Origin: an uncultured virus (IMG/VR IMGVR_UViG_3300047673_000294)
Taxonomy: Duplodnaviria; Heunggongvirae; Uroviricota; Caudoviricetes
Strand: one strand, 5' to 3'
IMG/VR virus record: IMGVR_UViG_3300047673_000294
Length of the DNA stretch: 20,000 nucleotides
The position numbers were made by a program, and so were the translations under genes. The first letter of the stretch is position 1. Every line of letters begins with the position of its first letter. The notes beneath the pieces are model-generated. The model was given only the letters and a program-made list of their open reading frames with translations. It did no database searches and was not told the origin of the DNA. This document shows positions 1 to 8,577 of the stretch, piece after piece.

Positions 1-451
1 AGTCCATGACGACGCCCGTGCTCGGGGCGTCGATGACGAGCGGCGGACCATCGGTGAGCGCTGGGGTGACGAGGGCGCTGACAACGGCCGCCTGGTCCGT
101 GCCGACGAGGGTCTGCGTTCCGGGGAACCGGCCGTCGAGGTACCGCTCCAGGGTGGCGGCGCCCATCTGCACGGTCTGGTCACTGCCTCCGTCGCGCGGC
201 AGGACGACACCGGCCCACAGCGGGGTGTCCGTGGCGGTGTCGACGGCGACGAGGAGCGTCCTCCCCGGCGCGGTCGCGGCGTCCCACCCGGCGGGGGCGC
301 CGGGCAGGTTGAGGTCGAACTGCAGAGTGGTCGACTCGCCGATTTTCCGCGACAACGCACCCGAGGGCTTGAGGGAGGGGAGGTCCTCGACAATGCCGCC
401 GGTCCGCAGGTCGCAGCCGTACCAGGCGAGTTGGTAGGGCGTGCCTGTCAT
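1..451 (-). CDS. Minor tail / baseplate hub (Tal-like) protein, N-terminal part, runs off the window
   Basis: Not in the ORF track. Manual translation from ATG at 451 (ATGA overlap with the upstream stop at 448-450): MTGTPYQLAWYGCDLRTGGIVEDLPSLKPSGALSRKIGESTTLQFDL...TPLWAGVV..., open to position 1. Resembles actinophage minor tail proteins. Confidence 0.75.
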   Translation of the reverse strand, partial: MTGTPYQLAWYGCDLRTGGIVEDLPSLKPSGALSRKIGESTTLQFDLNLPGAPAGWDAATAPGRTLLVAVDTATDTPLWAGVVLPRDGGSDQTVQMGAATLERYLDGRFPGTQTLVGTDQAAVVSALVTPALTDGPPLVIDAPSTGVVMD

Positions 452-1479
452 GTCGCCGACTCGTAGACGCCGGTCATGCGCAGCTGGTTGGTGCTCGCGA
501 AAGTCTCCGGCCGGGTCGGGTTCATGACGTCGATGCGCGTGTTGGTCGAGGAAATGTTGAAGAACGCGCCGATCGCACTCGCTCCGGGCGAGACGATCGC
601 CTGCCCCATCCATCGGTCTGTGCCGAGGAAATGCGCGCTCATGACGTAGCTGCACCCGACACTGGCCGCAGCGAACGGGATCGCCCAGTTGTACGTCCCC
701 GACCCGTAGGTCGTCGTGCTGCCGGGGATCAGGTTGATGTGGATGGTGACCTGCCGTCCGATCTTGCAATAGCGTCCGACGAGTGTGCCGTTGCCCAGGC
801 TGGGGTTGCTGCCGGAGCCCGTCCACGTCGGCGTGTACGAGGTCCAGGCGCCCGGCGCTTTGACGTAGGTGTCCCAAGCGGAGCCGTTCCAGCGGAGCAG
901 GTCGGTGCCGTTGTCGTAGAACTGCCCGGTGTACGGGCTGGACGGGGCTGTCGACGAGGGCAGGATGCCGCCCGGGGCCGTCGTGTACGGCCTGACTGAC
1001 GTGCTCACGGAAGCGGTGGAGCCGTTCGACACGGACAGGACCGAGATGGTGGCGAGCGGCATGTAGATCTGCGTGCCCGCCGGCGTCGGCGCCACCGGCG
1101 ACGCGGACGGAGTGCCCGCCAGGTAGACGATGTCGCCCTTGGCGAGGCCGGAAGCGTCGACACTGTTGTCCCAGACGCGCAGGTAGACGAGGTCGATGCG
1201 GTTCAGGGTGGCGTGCGCGGCCGTGTATGTGCCGGGCGACACCGAGGACGGGAGAGCGACCCGGTAGACGCCCTGGCCGCTGTAGGCGACAGCGGCCACG
1301 CCGGCCGAGCAGTTGATCGTCGTTCCGGCCAGCGTGACGGTCAGGCCGGGGTCGCCGGGCCGAACACCCGACCGGGAGCCGAGCGCGGTCGCGTCGGTCA
1401 TGATGTCCATCGCCCCGGCGTTGCGGGCCTCCAGGCCGGAGAAGGTCAGCGTGTCGATGGCCCATACGTCTACTGGCAT
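448..1479 (-). CDS. Tail tip / baseplate or receptor-binding-type minor tail protein (343 aa)
   Basis: AGGAGG RBS. N-terminal 'NRIDLVYLRVWD' upper-baseplate-like motif, 'PSSPYTGQFY...LLRWNGSAW' linker, and a C-terminal 'WTSYTPTW...GNGTLVGRY' beta-rich domain. Lies just after Dit. Confidence 0.75.
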   Translation of the reverse strand: MPVDVWAIDTLTFSGLEARNAGAMDIMTDATALGSRSGVRPGDPGLTVTLAGTTINCSAGVAAVAYSGQGVYRVALPSSVSPGTYTAAHATLNRIDLVYLRVWDNSVDASGLAKGDIVYLAGTPSASPVAPTPAGTQIYMPLATISVLSVSNGSTASVSTSVRPYTTAPGGILPSSTAPSSPYTGQFYDNGTDLLRWNGSAWDTYVKAPGAWTSYTPTWTGSGSNPSLGNGTLVGRYCKIGRQVTIHINLIPGSTTTYGSGTYNWAIPFAAASVGCSYVMSAHFLGTDRWMGQAIVSPGASAIGAFFNISSTNTRIDVMNPTRPETFASTNQLRMTGVYESAT

Positions 1480-1489
1480 ATCTGCCTCC

Positions 1490-2359
1490 TCACATCCAGG
1501 CCGAACGCCACGTGGCGGTCAGCGTCGCGCTTGCGTTGTAGGTGCTGGACTGGAACTGGTAGTTGACCGTCGAGCCCGCCGGGATGGTGGGCCAGCCTGC
1601 GGACACCGTCATGAACCGGCGCCTGCTCACGCCGCCGTTGAGGACCACCGTGTGTGCGTCGGTGTCGATGACGAGGCTGTCGCCGCTGGCCAGGTCGAGC
1701 GAGTAGGCGAGTTGCCGGACCGTGCCGTCCGGGTACAGGGCGGACACGGTGGGCGCGACGACGGGCCCGGCGATCGTGATGATCGGCCGGGTGTCCAGCG
1801 AGCCCGAGTTGACCGCGTTGATCTGCCCGGACACCGTCACCGCCGAGAAGGCCACCGGGAAGGTGACCGGGAACGTCAGGCCGCCGGTCGTGGCGGGCAG
1901 CCCGGTCGTGCCGGTCTGCAAGGTGGTGCCGTACCGGCGAGGATCGGCAGCCGTCACGAGGACCGACCAGGTCGCGGTCCGGTCGGTGACGTACTGGGCC
2001 AGCAGCTTCCCCGACCGCCTCACGGTCGCCTGCTTGGGCGTGGTCTCCCACACCGTCAGCGTCGTGTCCGTCAGGGCGGCCGCCGCGTACAGCTGGTCCA
2101 GCGCGGTATCGAGGGAGACCCGGTCCGGGGCCTCCACCGTGCCGGCCAGGGTGACGGGCCGGGACCCGAGATAGACCGGCGCCGCCCACGAGCCGTGATC
2201 CGCCTCCCGCTCCTGGACCTCGGCCCGCACCTCCGCGCTGTCCCAGCCCTCGAGGGACTGCAGGAACCAGGCCACCCCCACTGCGTCGACCGCGCCGAGG
2301 CGGAGTGTGCCGAGGGTGGCCTGCCGGCCGTCGATGTCCGTTCCTGGGGTGTAGGCCAC
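1490..2359 (-). CDS. Distal tail protein (Dit, 289 aa)
   Basis: First gene after the tape measure gene; GAGGAGG RBS; 'LEGWD', 'AADPRRY' and C-terminal 'WRSAW' patterns typical of actinophage Dit proteins. Confidence 0.85.
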   Translation of the reverse strand: MAYTPGTDIDGRQATLGTLRLGAVDAVGVAWFLQSLEGWDSAEVRAEVQEREADHGSWAAPVYLGSRPVTLAGTVEAPDRVSLDTALDQLYAAAALTDTTLTVWETTPKQATVRRSGKLLAQYVTDRTATWSVLVTAADPRRYGTTLQTGTTGLPATTGGLTFPVTFPVAFSAVTVSGQINAVNSGSLDTRPIITIAGPVVAPTVSALYPDGTVRQLAYSLDLASGDSLVIDTDAHTVVLNGGVSRRRFMTVSAGWPTIPAGSTVNYQFQSSTYNASATLTATWRSAWM

Positions 2360-2372
2360 CCGTCGCCTCCTC

Positions 2373-5300
2373 TCAGCCGACGAACGCCATGTGGCGTGCG
2401 ATGTCAGCCGCCTGCTCGGCGGTGGTCTGCTTGGCGCCGTAGAGGTTCACCGTGATCTGCCGGGTGACCTCCCGCGCCATGGCCGCCGCGGACACGGCGC
2501 CGCCCCCGTACCGGCCGGCGGGCACCAGCTGGTAGCCCATCCCCGCCGCGGTCCGGGCCAGGAGTGCTTTCGACCTCGCCGAGCCGTTCCACGGGATCCA
2601 CGACTCGCGGTCCCCGGCCTCTCCGCCGAGCACCATCGTGGGCCGGGACAGGATCCCGCCCGCTGCCATCGCCTTGCCGCCTTGCTGCACCCACTGCCGC
2701 ACGAACGTGGCTTTGTTGGCCTCTGGCAAGTTGCCGATCTGCGCGGCCATCTTCGGGACCAGGGCCTTGATGGTCGCCGTGTCGAGGCCAGCCGCGATGA
2801 GATCCGCATACCCGCGGCCGGCGCCGCCGCGGAGTGTGGACAGCAGGATCAGGGAGTTCGACAGGTCCTCGCCGGTGAGCGCGCTCTGCGCCTTGCCGAC
2901 GGCAGCATTCGCCACTTTCGCCTGCAGCGTGCTGCCGACGGCCTGGTGGGCGAGCTCCTGCGCGCTGGTGTCGCCCTGGGCCGCGAGGGCCTGCGCCAGG
3001 TCCCCGAACCCCTGCGCGGCCAGGGTTTGCAGGTCCTTGGCGAACTGCTGGGAGTCCTTGGTGCTGGCGCCCAGCTGCTTGGTGAAATCAGCCAAGGTCG
3101 CCTTGGCCAGCTCGCCCGTCTTCTCAAGCTTGGACGTGATCGACTTGAACTGTTTGTCGCTCGCCCCGGCGAGGGCGTTGACGAGGCTGTAGCCCTCCTC
3201 GCCCATCCCTTCCAGCATTGTCTGCAGCTCTTTGCCGCCCCGCCTGCCGATCTTGTTGAGGCTGCCGCGCCACTTCTCCGTCGCGGCCACGGACTTGCCG
3301 AGCTGCGCCTCGTAGGCCTTGAGGTTGAAGGCCGTCGGCGCCTTGCTGCCGTTCTTCAACCCGAGAGCCTTGTCGGCCTTGTTGACGTCCGACCGCTCCT
3401 CGTGAACCTTCTTGTCAGCCGACTTCTTCGCCGTCCGCGCCTTGTCCACGCGAGACTCGGCGGCCCGCAGCTGCGTCGCGGTGTGGTGCCCGTGGCGAAC
3501 CCTGGAGAGGTTCTTCTCGGCATCCTTGAGCGCGTCAGTCTTCGTCTTGGCGTTCTTCAGCGCCGTGTTGAGGTCGTCCCACGCCTTCTTCAGCGCCTCG
3601 ACGGCCTTGTCATACCGAGACTTGGCGTCCGACGGCCCGCCGAGGACGGCCCTCCCGCTCGGCGAGTAGGTGAAGCCGGGGATACCACCGCCGCCGGCGA
3701 ACCACTGCACGGTGCCGCCCAGGCGCTTCACGGTCTCGGCGGCGATCTGCCGGGATCGTGGGCGCTTGCTCTGCGCGAGGGGGATGTACGCCTCGCCGCC
3801 TGTCTCGTCCTCGGCCCACACCCGCCAGGCGCCCGCCTTGGCGATCTGCGCAACGTGGTCCTCGCGCATGCCGCCGCTGGCGTAGTACACGGCCCCGTTG
3901 GCATTGTTACTGCCGTAACTGCCGCTGAGGACGCTGTCGCGGCCCCCCGCAGCTGCGATGTGCTCCTGTACGTACACGTCGACAGACCTGCCGTGCAGGT
4001 TGTTGACCCAGCCTTGGATGGTGCGCACCGCCTGGGCTGGGCTGCCCGTAGGGATGGTGATGGACACCTTCCCGTTCTTCATGTGCGTGACCTTGAAGCC
4101 GAGGCCTTGGAGGGCCGCCTCGGCGGTCTTGGTCAGGGCGTTGACCGTGATTGAGCGGCCCTTGGTACCGCGGAGCTTCGCCTGGACGGCTGCGAGATCA
4201 CTGAGCGCGCCCTGCGTCTTCGCATCAACCTTCGTGGCGACTGAGACAGGCAATTGGAGATAGGCCGCGGCAAGCCTGTCCACCGCGTCCTTCGAGAAGC
4301 CTCTCGCCAGCATGTCCTTCTTGAGCAGGGCAATGTCCTGCTCAAGGACAGCCTGGCCCGCCTGCTGACTGTTCTTCTGCTCGGCGACCGCCTGAGCGTG
4401 CGCCATTGCCCCCTGGGCAGCCTCGAAGAACGCGGTCTTCACTTTCCGCCCCTTGTCGCTGGTGACGTCCAGCGAGTGGCCGTTCTCCTTCACGGCTGTG
4501 TTCAGGTCGGCGAGGGACTGCCGGAAAGCAATCTCCTTCTCGCCAGCGCTGATGTTGACGCCATTCAGGGAGTTCAGTGCGCCGACGAGCTTCTCGGCCT
4601 CGGTGCGGTTGTCCTGCAACTGGTCAGCGGTGATCCCGAGCTGCGCGGCCAGTTCCTTCTGGGAAGTGGCATTCGTCTTGGTCTGCACATCGACGCCGGC
4701 GAGCGCATCGCCGTACTGCGGAAACAGGGTGAGCAGTTTCTCCTTGCTGGTGCCGTCCGCCGCTGCCGCGCCCGCGAGCTGGTTGAAAGCATCGGCGGCG
4801 AGCTGCGCGTTGCCTGACTGAGCGAGCTGTGCCAGGGCCTCGTCGACAGCCTTGATTTTGTCGTGAGCCTCATCCAGGGGGATTTGTGATTCCGCAATGC
4901 CCTTGGTGATGTTGCCGGTGAGGCTGTTGACGATGTCGGTGGTTCGGGCTTCCCAGTCAGGGTGAGCGACACGCTTAACAGCCTCGTTGAATTTATCGAG
5001 GTTCCCACCGAGGGACTTGAGGCCCTCGCCGGAGATTTTGCCGTGCTTGCCGAGGTCGACGAGGGAACTCGCCATCTTCGACACCGACGGCGGGGCGTCC
5101 TTGAACTGATCGCGAATCGATTGGGACGCGTAGGAGATGAGCTCCAGACCCGCTACGACAGCGGTCACTTTGCCGAGCATGCCCAGAGCGATCCGTGTCC
5201 GCGCGGCAGTCACACCCATGGACGCGAGCGCCGCACGAGTCGCCGCGATACGGGGCAGCAGGAGCAGGATCCCGGAACCTGCCAGCAGCGCCGCGCCGCC

Positions 5301-6431
5301 GATGCCCGTGAACAGCGTGACGCCCTTTTGGAGTTCGGGGGGCAGGCTGCTGTAGGCGTTGACGAGCCTGGTGATCCACTGAGTCATGCCGCGCAGTGCC
5401 CCGGTGGCTGCCGAACCGCCCTCGATGAGCGCCACCTCGATGGCACCCTTGAGGCGTTCCAGGTCGCCGATCAGGTTGTCGGTCTGGATCGCGGCCATCC
5501 GGCCAGCGGCGCCCTGGTCGTTGACGGACTTGGTGTACTTGTCGATGCCCTGGGAGCCGAGCTCGTAAAGGATCGTCGCGGAGCGCACGGCGTCCGATCC
5601 GAAGATCGTGGCCATGGCCGCGTTCCTGGCCTCGGGCGTGAGCTTCGAGAAGCTGGTCTTCATGCGGCCGGCCAACTCGCTCAAGCCGACGAACTTGCCT
5701 GAAGCGTCGTAAGCGCTGAAACCAATCTTCTGCATGGCGGCCTTGGCCTCGTCCGACTGCGGGACCAAGCGCTGGAGCATCGTCTTCAGCGAGGTACCGG
5801 CGTCCGAGCCGATCAACGCGTGGTCGGCGAACGCCGACAGGACACCAACGGTGTCTTCCAGGGACAGGCCCGTCTGGTGGGCGAGTAGACCGCCCATCCG
5901 CAGCGACATGCCCAGGCCGTGCACGTCCGAGGCGGACTTGTTGGCGCCGGCGCTGAGCACGTCGGCGATGTGCGTGACGTCCTTGCCCGACAGCCCGAAC
6001 GTATTCATAGCCTGGGCGCTGACGGTCGCTGCCTCGGCGAGGTCGATCTGACCGGACGCAGCCAGGGCCAGGCTGCCCTTCAAGGCGCCGCCGGTGATGT
6101 TCGCGACCGAGACGCCAGCGCGCGCGAGCTCAGCCTCGGCGTCGGCGGCCTCCGTCGCCGTGAAACTGGTGGTCTTGCCAGCCTGCAGGGCGGCTGACCT
6201 GAGCTTCTCCATCTCCTTGGAGGACGCCCCGGTGACCGCCCTGACATTACTGAGGGCTTTGTCGAATTTGGCGGCGGAGGCCGCCGCCACCGCGAACCCC
6301 GCGAGCATCGCGGTGCCTACCGCCGCGCCGGCGCCCGCGAGCTTGGAGGTGTCGCGGGCCGCGGTCCGCATGCCGCGCGTGTAGCTGCTGATGTCGGCAC
6401 GCAGCCGCACGGTGACACTGCGAGTAGCCAC
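2373..6431 (-). CDS. Tape measure protein (1352 aa)
   Basis: Longest ORF, Ala-rich and helical. TP901-like TMP core ('AGTSLKTML', 'ATIFGSDAVR', 'DNLIGDLERL'), hydrophobic segments, directly after the tail assembly chaperone. Confidence 0.95.
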   Translation of the reverse strand: MATRSVTVRLRADISSYTRGMRTAARDTSKLAGAGAAVGTAMLAGFAVAAASAAKFDKALSNVRAVTGASSKEMEKLRSAALQAGKTTSFTATEAADAEAELARAGVSVANITGGALKGSLALAASGQIDLAEAATVSAQAMNTFGLSGKDVTHIADVLSAGANKSASDVHGLGMSLRMGGLLAHQTGLSLEDTVGVLSAFADHALIGSDAGTSLKTMLQRLVPQSDEAKAAMQKIGFSAYDASGKFVGLSELAGRMKTSFSKLTPEARNAAMATIFGSDAVRSATILYELGSQGIDKYTKSVNDQGAAGRMAAIQTDNLIGDLERLKGAIEVALIEGGSAATGALRGMTQWITRLVNAYSSLPPELQKGVTLFTGIGGAALLAGSGILLLLPRIAATRAALASMGVTAARTRIALGMLGKVTAVVAGLELISYASQSIRDQFKDAPPSVSKMASSLVDLGKHGKISGEGLKSLGGNLDKFNEAVKRVAHPDWEARTTDIVNSLTGNITKGIAESQIPLDEAHDKIKAVDEALAQLAQSGNAQLAADAFNQLAGAAAADGTSKEKLLTLFPQYGDALAGVDVQTKTNATSQKELAAQLGITADQLQDNRTEAEKLVGALNSLNGVNISAGEKEIAFRQSLADLNTAVKENGHSLDVTSDKGRKVKTAFFEAAQGAMAHAQAVAEQKNSQQAGQAVLEQDIALLKKDMLARGFSKDAVDRLAAAYLQLPVSVATKVDAKTQGALSDLAAVQAKLRGTKGRSITVNALTKTAEAALQGLGFKVTHMKNGKVSITIPTGSPAQAVRTIQGWVNNLHGRSVDVYVQEHIAAAGGRDSVLSGSYGSNNANGAVYYASGGMREDHVAQIAKAGAWRVWAEDETGGEAYIPLAQSKRPRSRQIAAETVKRLGGTVQWFAGGGGIPGFTYSPSGRAVLGGPSDAKSRYDKAVEALKKAWDDLNTALKNAKTKTDALKDAEKNLSRVRHGHHTATQLRAAESRVDKARTAKKSADKKVHEERSDVNKADKALGLKNGSKAPTAFNLKAYEAQLGKSVAATEKWRGSLNKIGRRGGKELQTMLEGMGEEGYSLVNALAGASDKQFKSITSKLEKTGELAKATLADFTKQLGASTKDSQQFAKDLQTLAAQGFGDLAQALAAQGDTSAQELAHQAVGSTLQAKVANAAVGKAQSALTGEDLSNSLILLSTLRGGAGRGYADLIAAGLDTATIKALVPKMAAQIGNLPEANKATFVRQWVQQGGKAMAAGGILSRPTMVLGGEAGDRESWIPWNGSARSKALLARTAAGMGYQLVPAGRYGGGAVSAAAMAREVTRQITVNLYGAKQTTAEQAADIARHMAFVG

Positions 6432-6434
6432 GGC

Positions 6435-6806
6435 TCACCCCCTGTTGCGCTTTTCGAGTTCGAGGTGGACGTGCAGCCCATCGATGGATTGGCCCTTGTC
6501 GCTCCGGGCCTTCACGGTCTTGGCCGACGTGGCGCAGGCGTGGCAACGGATGACCTCGGCCCGGTACGAGAACTCGTTCTCGGGGTCCGTTGCCTCGCTC
6601 CACTGCTGCTGGCAATCAGGGCAGGTGTCTGCCTCGACCTCGGCGAGGGCGAACGCCCAGGCTCGGTCTTCATCCAGGAACAGGGGCTCGCCCTCCGCGA
6701 CGACCCGCCCGAGGAAGACGCTTCGAGGCACCCCCCAGCGCCGTGCTGTCTCTACTTCTCGCCGATGAGGGAGGCCAGGAGTGCGGAGGCGGCCAACGAG
6801 AAAGGG
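6435..6806 (-). CDS. Tail assembly chaperone -1 frameshift extension (lambda gpT analogue; fused product spans 7273 to 6435)
   Basis: The -1 frame is open from the slippery site CCCTTTC (plus strand 6800-6806) to the stop at 6435: ...PFLVGRLRTPG...DRAWAFAL...CPDC...CHAC...; it fills the gap between TAC and TMP exactly. Confidence 0.8.
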   Translation of the reverse strand, partial: PFLVGRLRTPGLPHRREVETARRWGVPRSVFLGRVVAEGEPLFLDEDRAWAFALAEVEADTCPDCQQQWSEATDPENEFSYRAEVIRCHACATSAKTVKARSDKGQSIDGLHVHLELEKRNRG

Positions 6807-7273
6807 ACGACATCGCTGCTGTTGTGCACGTCCCATGCCGCGTCGAACAGCTTCTTGATCTCGCCCTCGTTGATGACCTCGAACAGCTCGGCGACCTGCT
6901 CGGGCGTCATCGTCGGCTGAACGCACGATGCGGCGACCAGCGCCCGCGGGAACGTCTCGGAGTCGAACGCCTCCTGGCTGCTCTCCGAGGGGTGCGCGGC
7001 CATCAGGTCCGAGTACGCCCGGTCGCCGATGTACCGGAACGTGAACGGCTCCTCGGCCGCCCGGACCTGCGTGTGCACCGCCTTGAGCTGCTCGGCGACC
7101 GCGCGGCCCGGGTGCACGTCCGTGAGGTCCTCCGGCTCCCAGTCCTCCGAGACGCGCGACAGTTCGTCCTGGAGACGTTCGGCCTCGCCCGCGAGGTCGC
7201 CCGCGAGGCAGACCTGGACGGTCTTCTCGCGCGGCTTCGCACGGGCGAGGATCTCCTCGATGCTGCTCGCCAT
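6752..7273 (-). CDS. Tail assembly chaperone (lambda gpG analogue, 173 aa)
   Basis: Acidic protein between the major tail and tape measure genes; start overlaps the MTP stop; 'VPFS' slippery codons near the C-terminus. Confidence 0.88.
   Translation of the reverse strand: MASSIEEILARAKPREKTVQVCLAGDLAGEAERLQDELSRVSEDWEPEDLTDVHPGRAVAEQLKAVHTQVRAAEEPFTFRYIGDRAYSDLMAAHPSESSQEAFDSETFPRALVAASCVQPTMTPEQVAELFEVINEGEIKKLFDAAWDVHNSSDVVPFSLAASALLASLIGEK
6800..6806 (-). other. Programmed -1 ribosomal frameshift slippery heptamer C CCT TTC
   Basis: X XXY YYZ pattern correctly phased in the TAC frame (GTC CCT TTC); the -1 frame continues to just before the TMP start. Confidence 0.8.
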
Positions 7274-7752
7274 CAGGCAACCGTCGCGGCGGTCGCCGGA
7301 GCGCTGGTGACCTTCATCGAACTGGTGAACTTCATGACCTCGTTCGACGCTGGCGCGTTGTTCTGCGGCTCGCCGCAGGTGATCGGGTACACCTCCGCCT
7401 TCTGGGACGTGGCCCAGGCGGTGGCGTAGGCGATGCCGCGGCGCACGACCAGGTATCCGCTGACGCCGTACTTCAGCGTCGCGAACGGCAGGTCCTCGGG
7501 CGTGGTGGTGCCCCGCTTGAAGGTCACCTCAGCGTCGTAGCCGATCCGGCCGACGGTTTTGGTGTCGAACGTGCTCGCCAGCGAGGACGTGTCGACGTCC
7601 GCCGTGCTGGGGTCGAGCTTGAGGCCGTCGGGGGTGATGCGCGGCGTGAAGTCCTGGCCCGCGTTCAGCTCGGTCGTGGTCGGGGCGTTGATGTTGGAAA
7701 TGGTCGTCGCCCAGACCACCTTGGTCATGCCGTCATTGATCAGGTCAGACAT
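7273..7752 (-). CDS. Major tail (tube) protein (159 aa)
   Basis: GAGGAGG RBS; 'INAPTTTELNAG.D', 'GYLVVRRG' and 'EVYPITCG' motifs typical of actinophage tail tube proteins; directly upstream of TAC. Confidence 0.9.
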   Translation of the reverse strand: MSDLINDGMTKVVWATTISNINAPTTTELNAGQDFTPRITPDGLKLDPSTADVDTSSLASTFDTKTVGRIGYDAEVTFKRGTTTPEDLPFATLKYGVSGYLVVRRGIAYATAWATSQKAEVYPITCGEPQNNAPASNEVMKFTSSMKVTSAPATAATVA

Positions 7753-7771
7753 GGGGCCCTCCTCGGGGCAT

Positions 7772-7795
7772 AAAGAAAGCCCCGGTAAACGGGGC
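7772..7795 (-). terminator. Intrinsic terminator
   Basis: Minus strand reads GCCCCG-TTTAC-CGGGGC followed by TTTCTTT, between the 7816-8148 gene and the major tail gene. Confidence 0.75.
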
Positions 7796-7815
7796 GGAGC
7801 GGGGCAGGGGGAGCG

Positions 7816-8148
7816 TCAGATGGTGAGGTTGGCGACGGTGACGCTGGTCGTCGACGAGTAGGTGATTGATGCGCTCACGCCGTCCGCGGCGGACGCGAAG
7901 AGCTTTTGGGTGAGCGGGCCGATCATCTTGTCGCCCGTGGTCGCCGGGACCGTGACGACGAGGTCGGTCACGGGCTGGCCGTCGACCTGGGCGGTCGCTG
8001 TGACCGTCACGGTCATCGAGCTGCCGTTCGTGTTCTTCACGTGCAGGAACGAGCGGTCGCCGCACGTCACTGTGGTGGATGCGGCCGCGGCCGAGTAGGT
8101 CGGGGTCAGGCCGGAACGCGCAATGGCCTGCTGCGCGAGTAGCGCCAT
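7816..8148 (-). CDS. Small beta-rich virion protein (110 aa), paralog of the 10261-10638 decoration-like protein
   Basis: Start reassigned to ATG at 8148 (GGAG RBS): MALLAQQAIARSGLTPTY...DLVVTVPATTGDKMIGPL...; shares a DLVVxVxA...IGP...F...DG pattern with 10261-10638. Confidence 0.75.
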   Translation of the reverse strand: MALLAQQAIARSGLTPTYSAAAASTTVTCGDRSFLHVKNTNGSSMTVTVTATAQVDGQPVTDLVVTVPATTGDKMIGPLTQKLFASAADGVSASITYSSTTSVTVANLTI

Positions 8149-8162
8149 GGGGGAATCTCCTG

Positions 8163-8573
8163 TCAGGCGGGGATGGACATCAGCCGGTACTGCACCGGCA
8201 CGAACCAGCTGGGAGGGTTGGTGTCGTCGTCGCGCTGTACCGGAGGCCCGCCCAGATCCTCCGGCCGCCACGTGGCCCGGCCCTCGACCGCCAGCGGCGT
8301 CGACAGGGCGGCACGCACCTTGTCGGCCGCCCACAGGGCGCGCTCCATCGAGCCGCCCACACAGGTGATCTGAAAGGTCGTCGTGAAGTCCGTGCGAGCG
8401 TCGGCGAGCGACTCCCGGACGGCCGCCCCGGGCTCCGGGTACAGCACGACATACACGTCGGGCGGCGACCAGCCAGCCGCCGTGGGCGCCCCGCCGAGGT
8501 ACACGGTCAGGCCGTCGGCCTCAAGCGCGGCCTGGACGGCGTCGACATGCGGCAGGACTGCTGGTGTCGTCAT
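8163..8573 (-). CDS. Tail terminator / tail completion protein (136 aa)
   Basis: Synteny; 'YVVLYP', 'FQITCVG', 'ADKVRAAL' and 'PVQRDDD' patterns typical of this family. Confidence 0.8.
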   Translation of the reverse strand: MTTPAVLPHVDAVQAALEADGLTVYLGGAPTAAGWSPPDVYVVLYPEPGAAVRESLADARTDFTTTFQITCVGGSMERALWAADKVRAALSTPLAVEGRATWRPEDLGGPPVQRDDDTNPPSWFVPVQYRLMSIPA

Positions 8574-8577
8574 CCGC

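Noticed and set aside
6..437. 143-aa plus-strand ORF
   Set aside because: The real gene here is the minus-strand tail protein starting at 451, which the ORF track missed because it is truncated.
6807..7280. N-terminal part of the 281-aa ORF 6435-7280 as an independent gene
   Set aside because: Out-of-frame overlap with TAC and Arg/Gly/Pro-rich; only the part after the slippery site looks coding.
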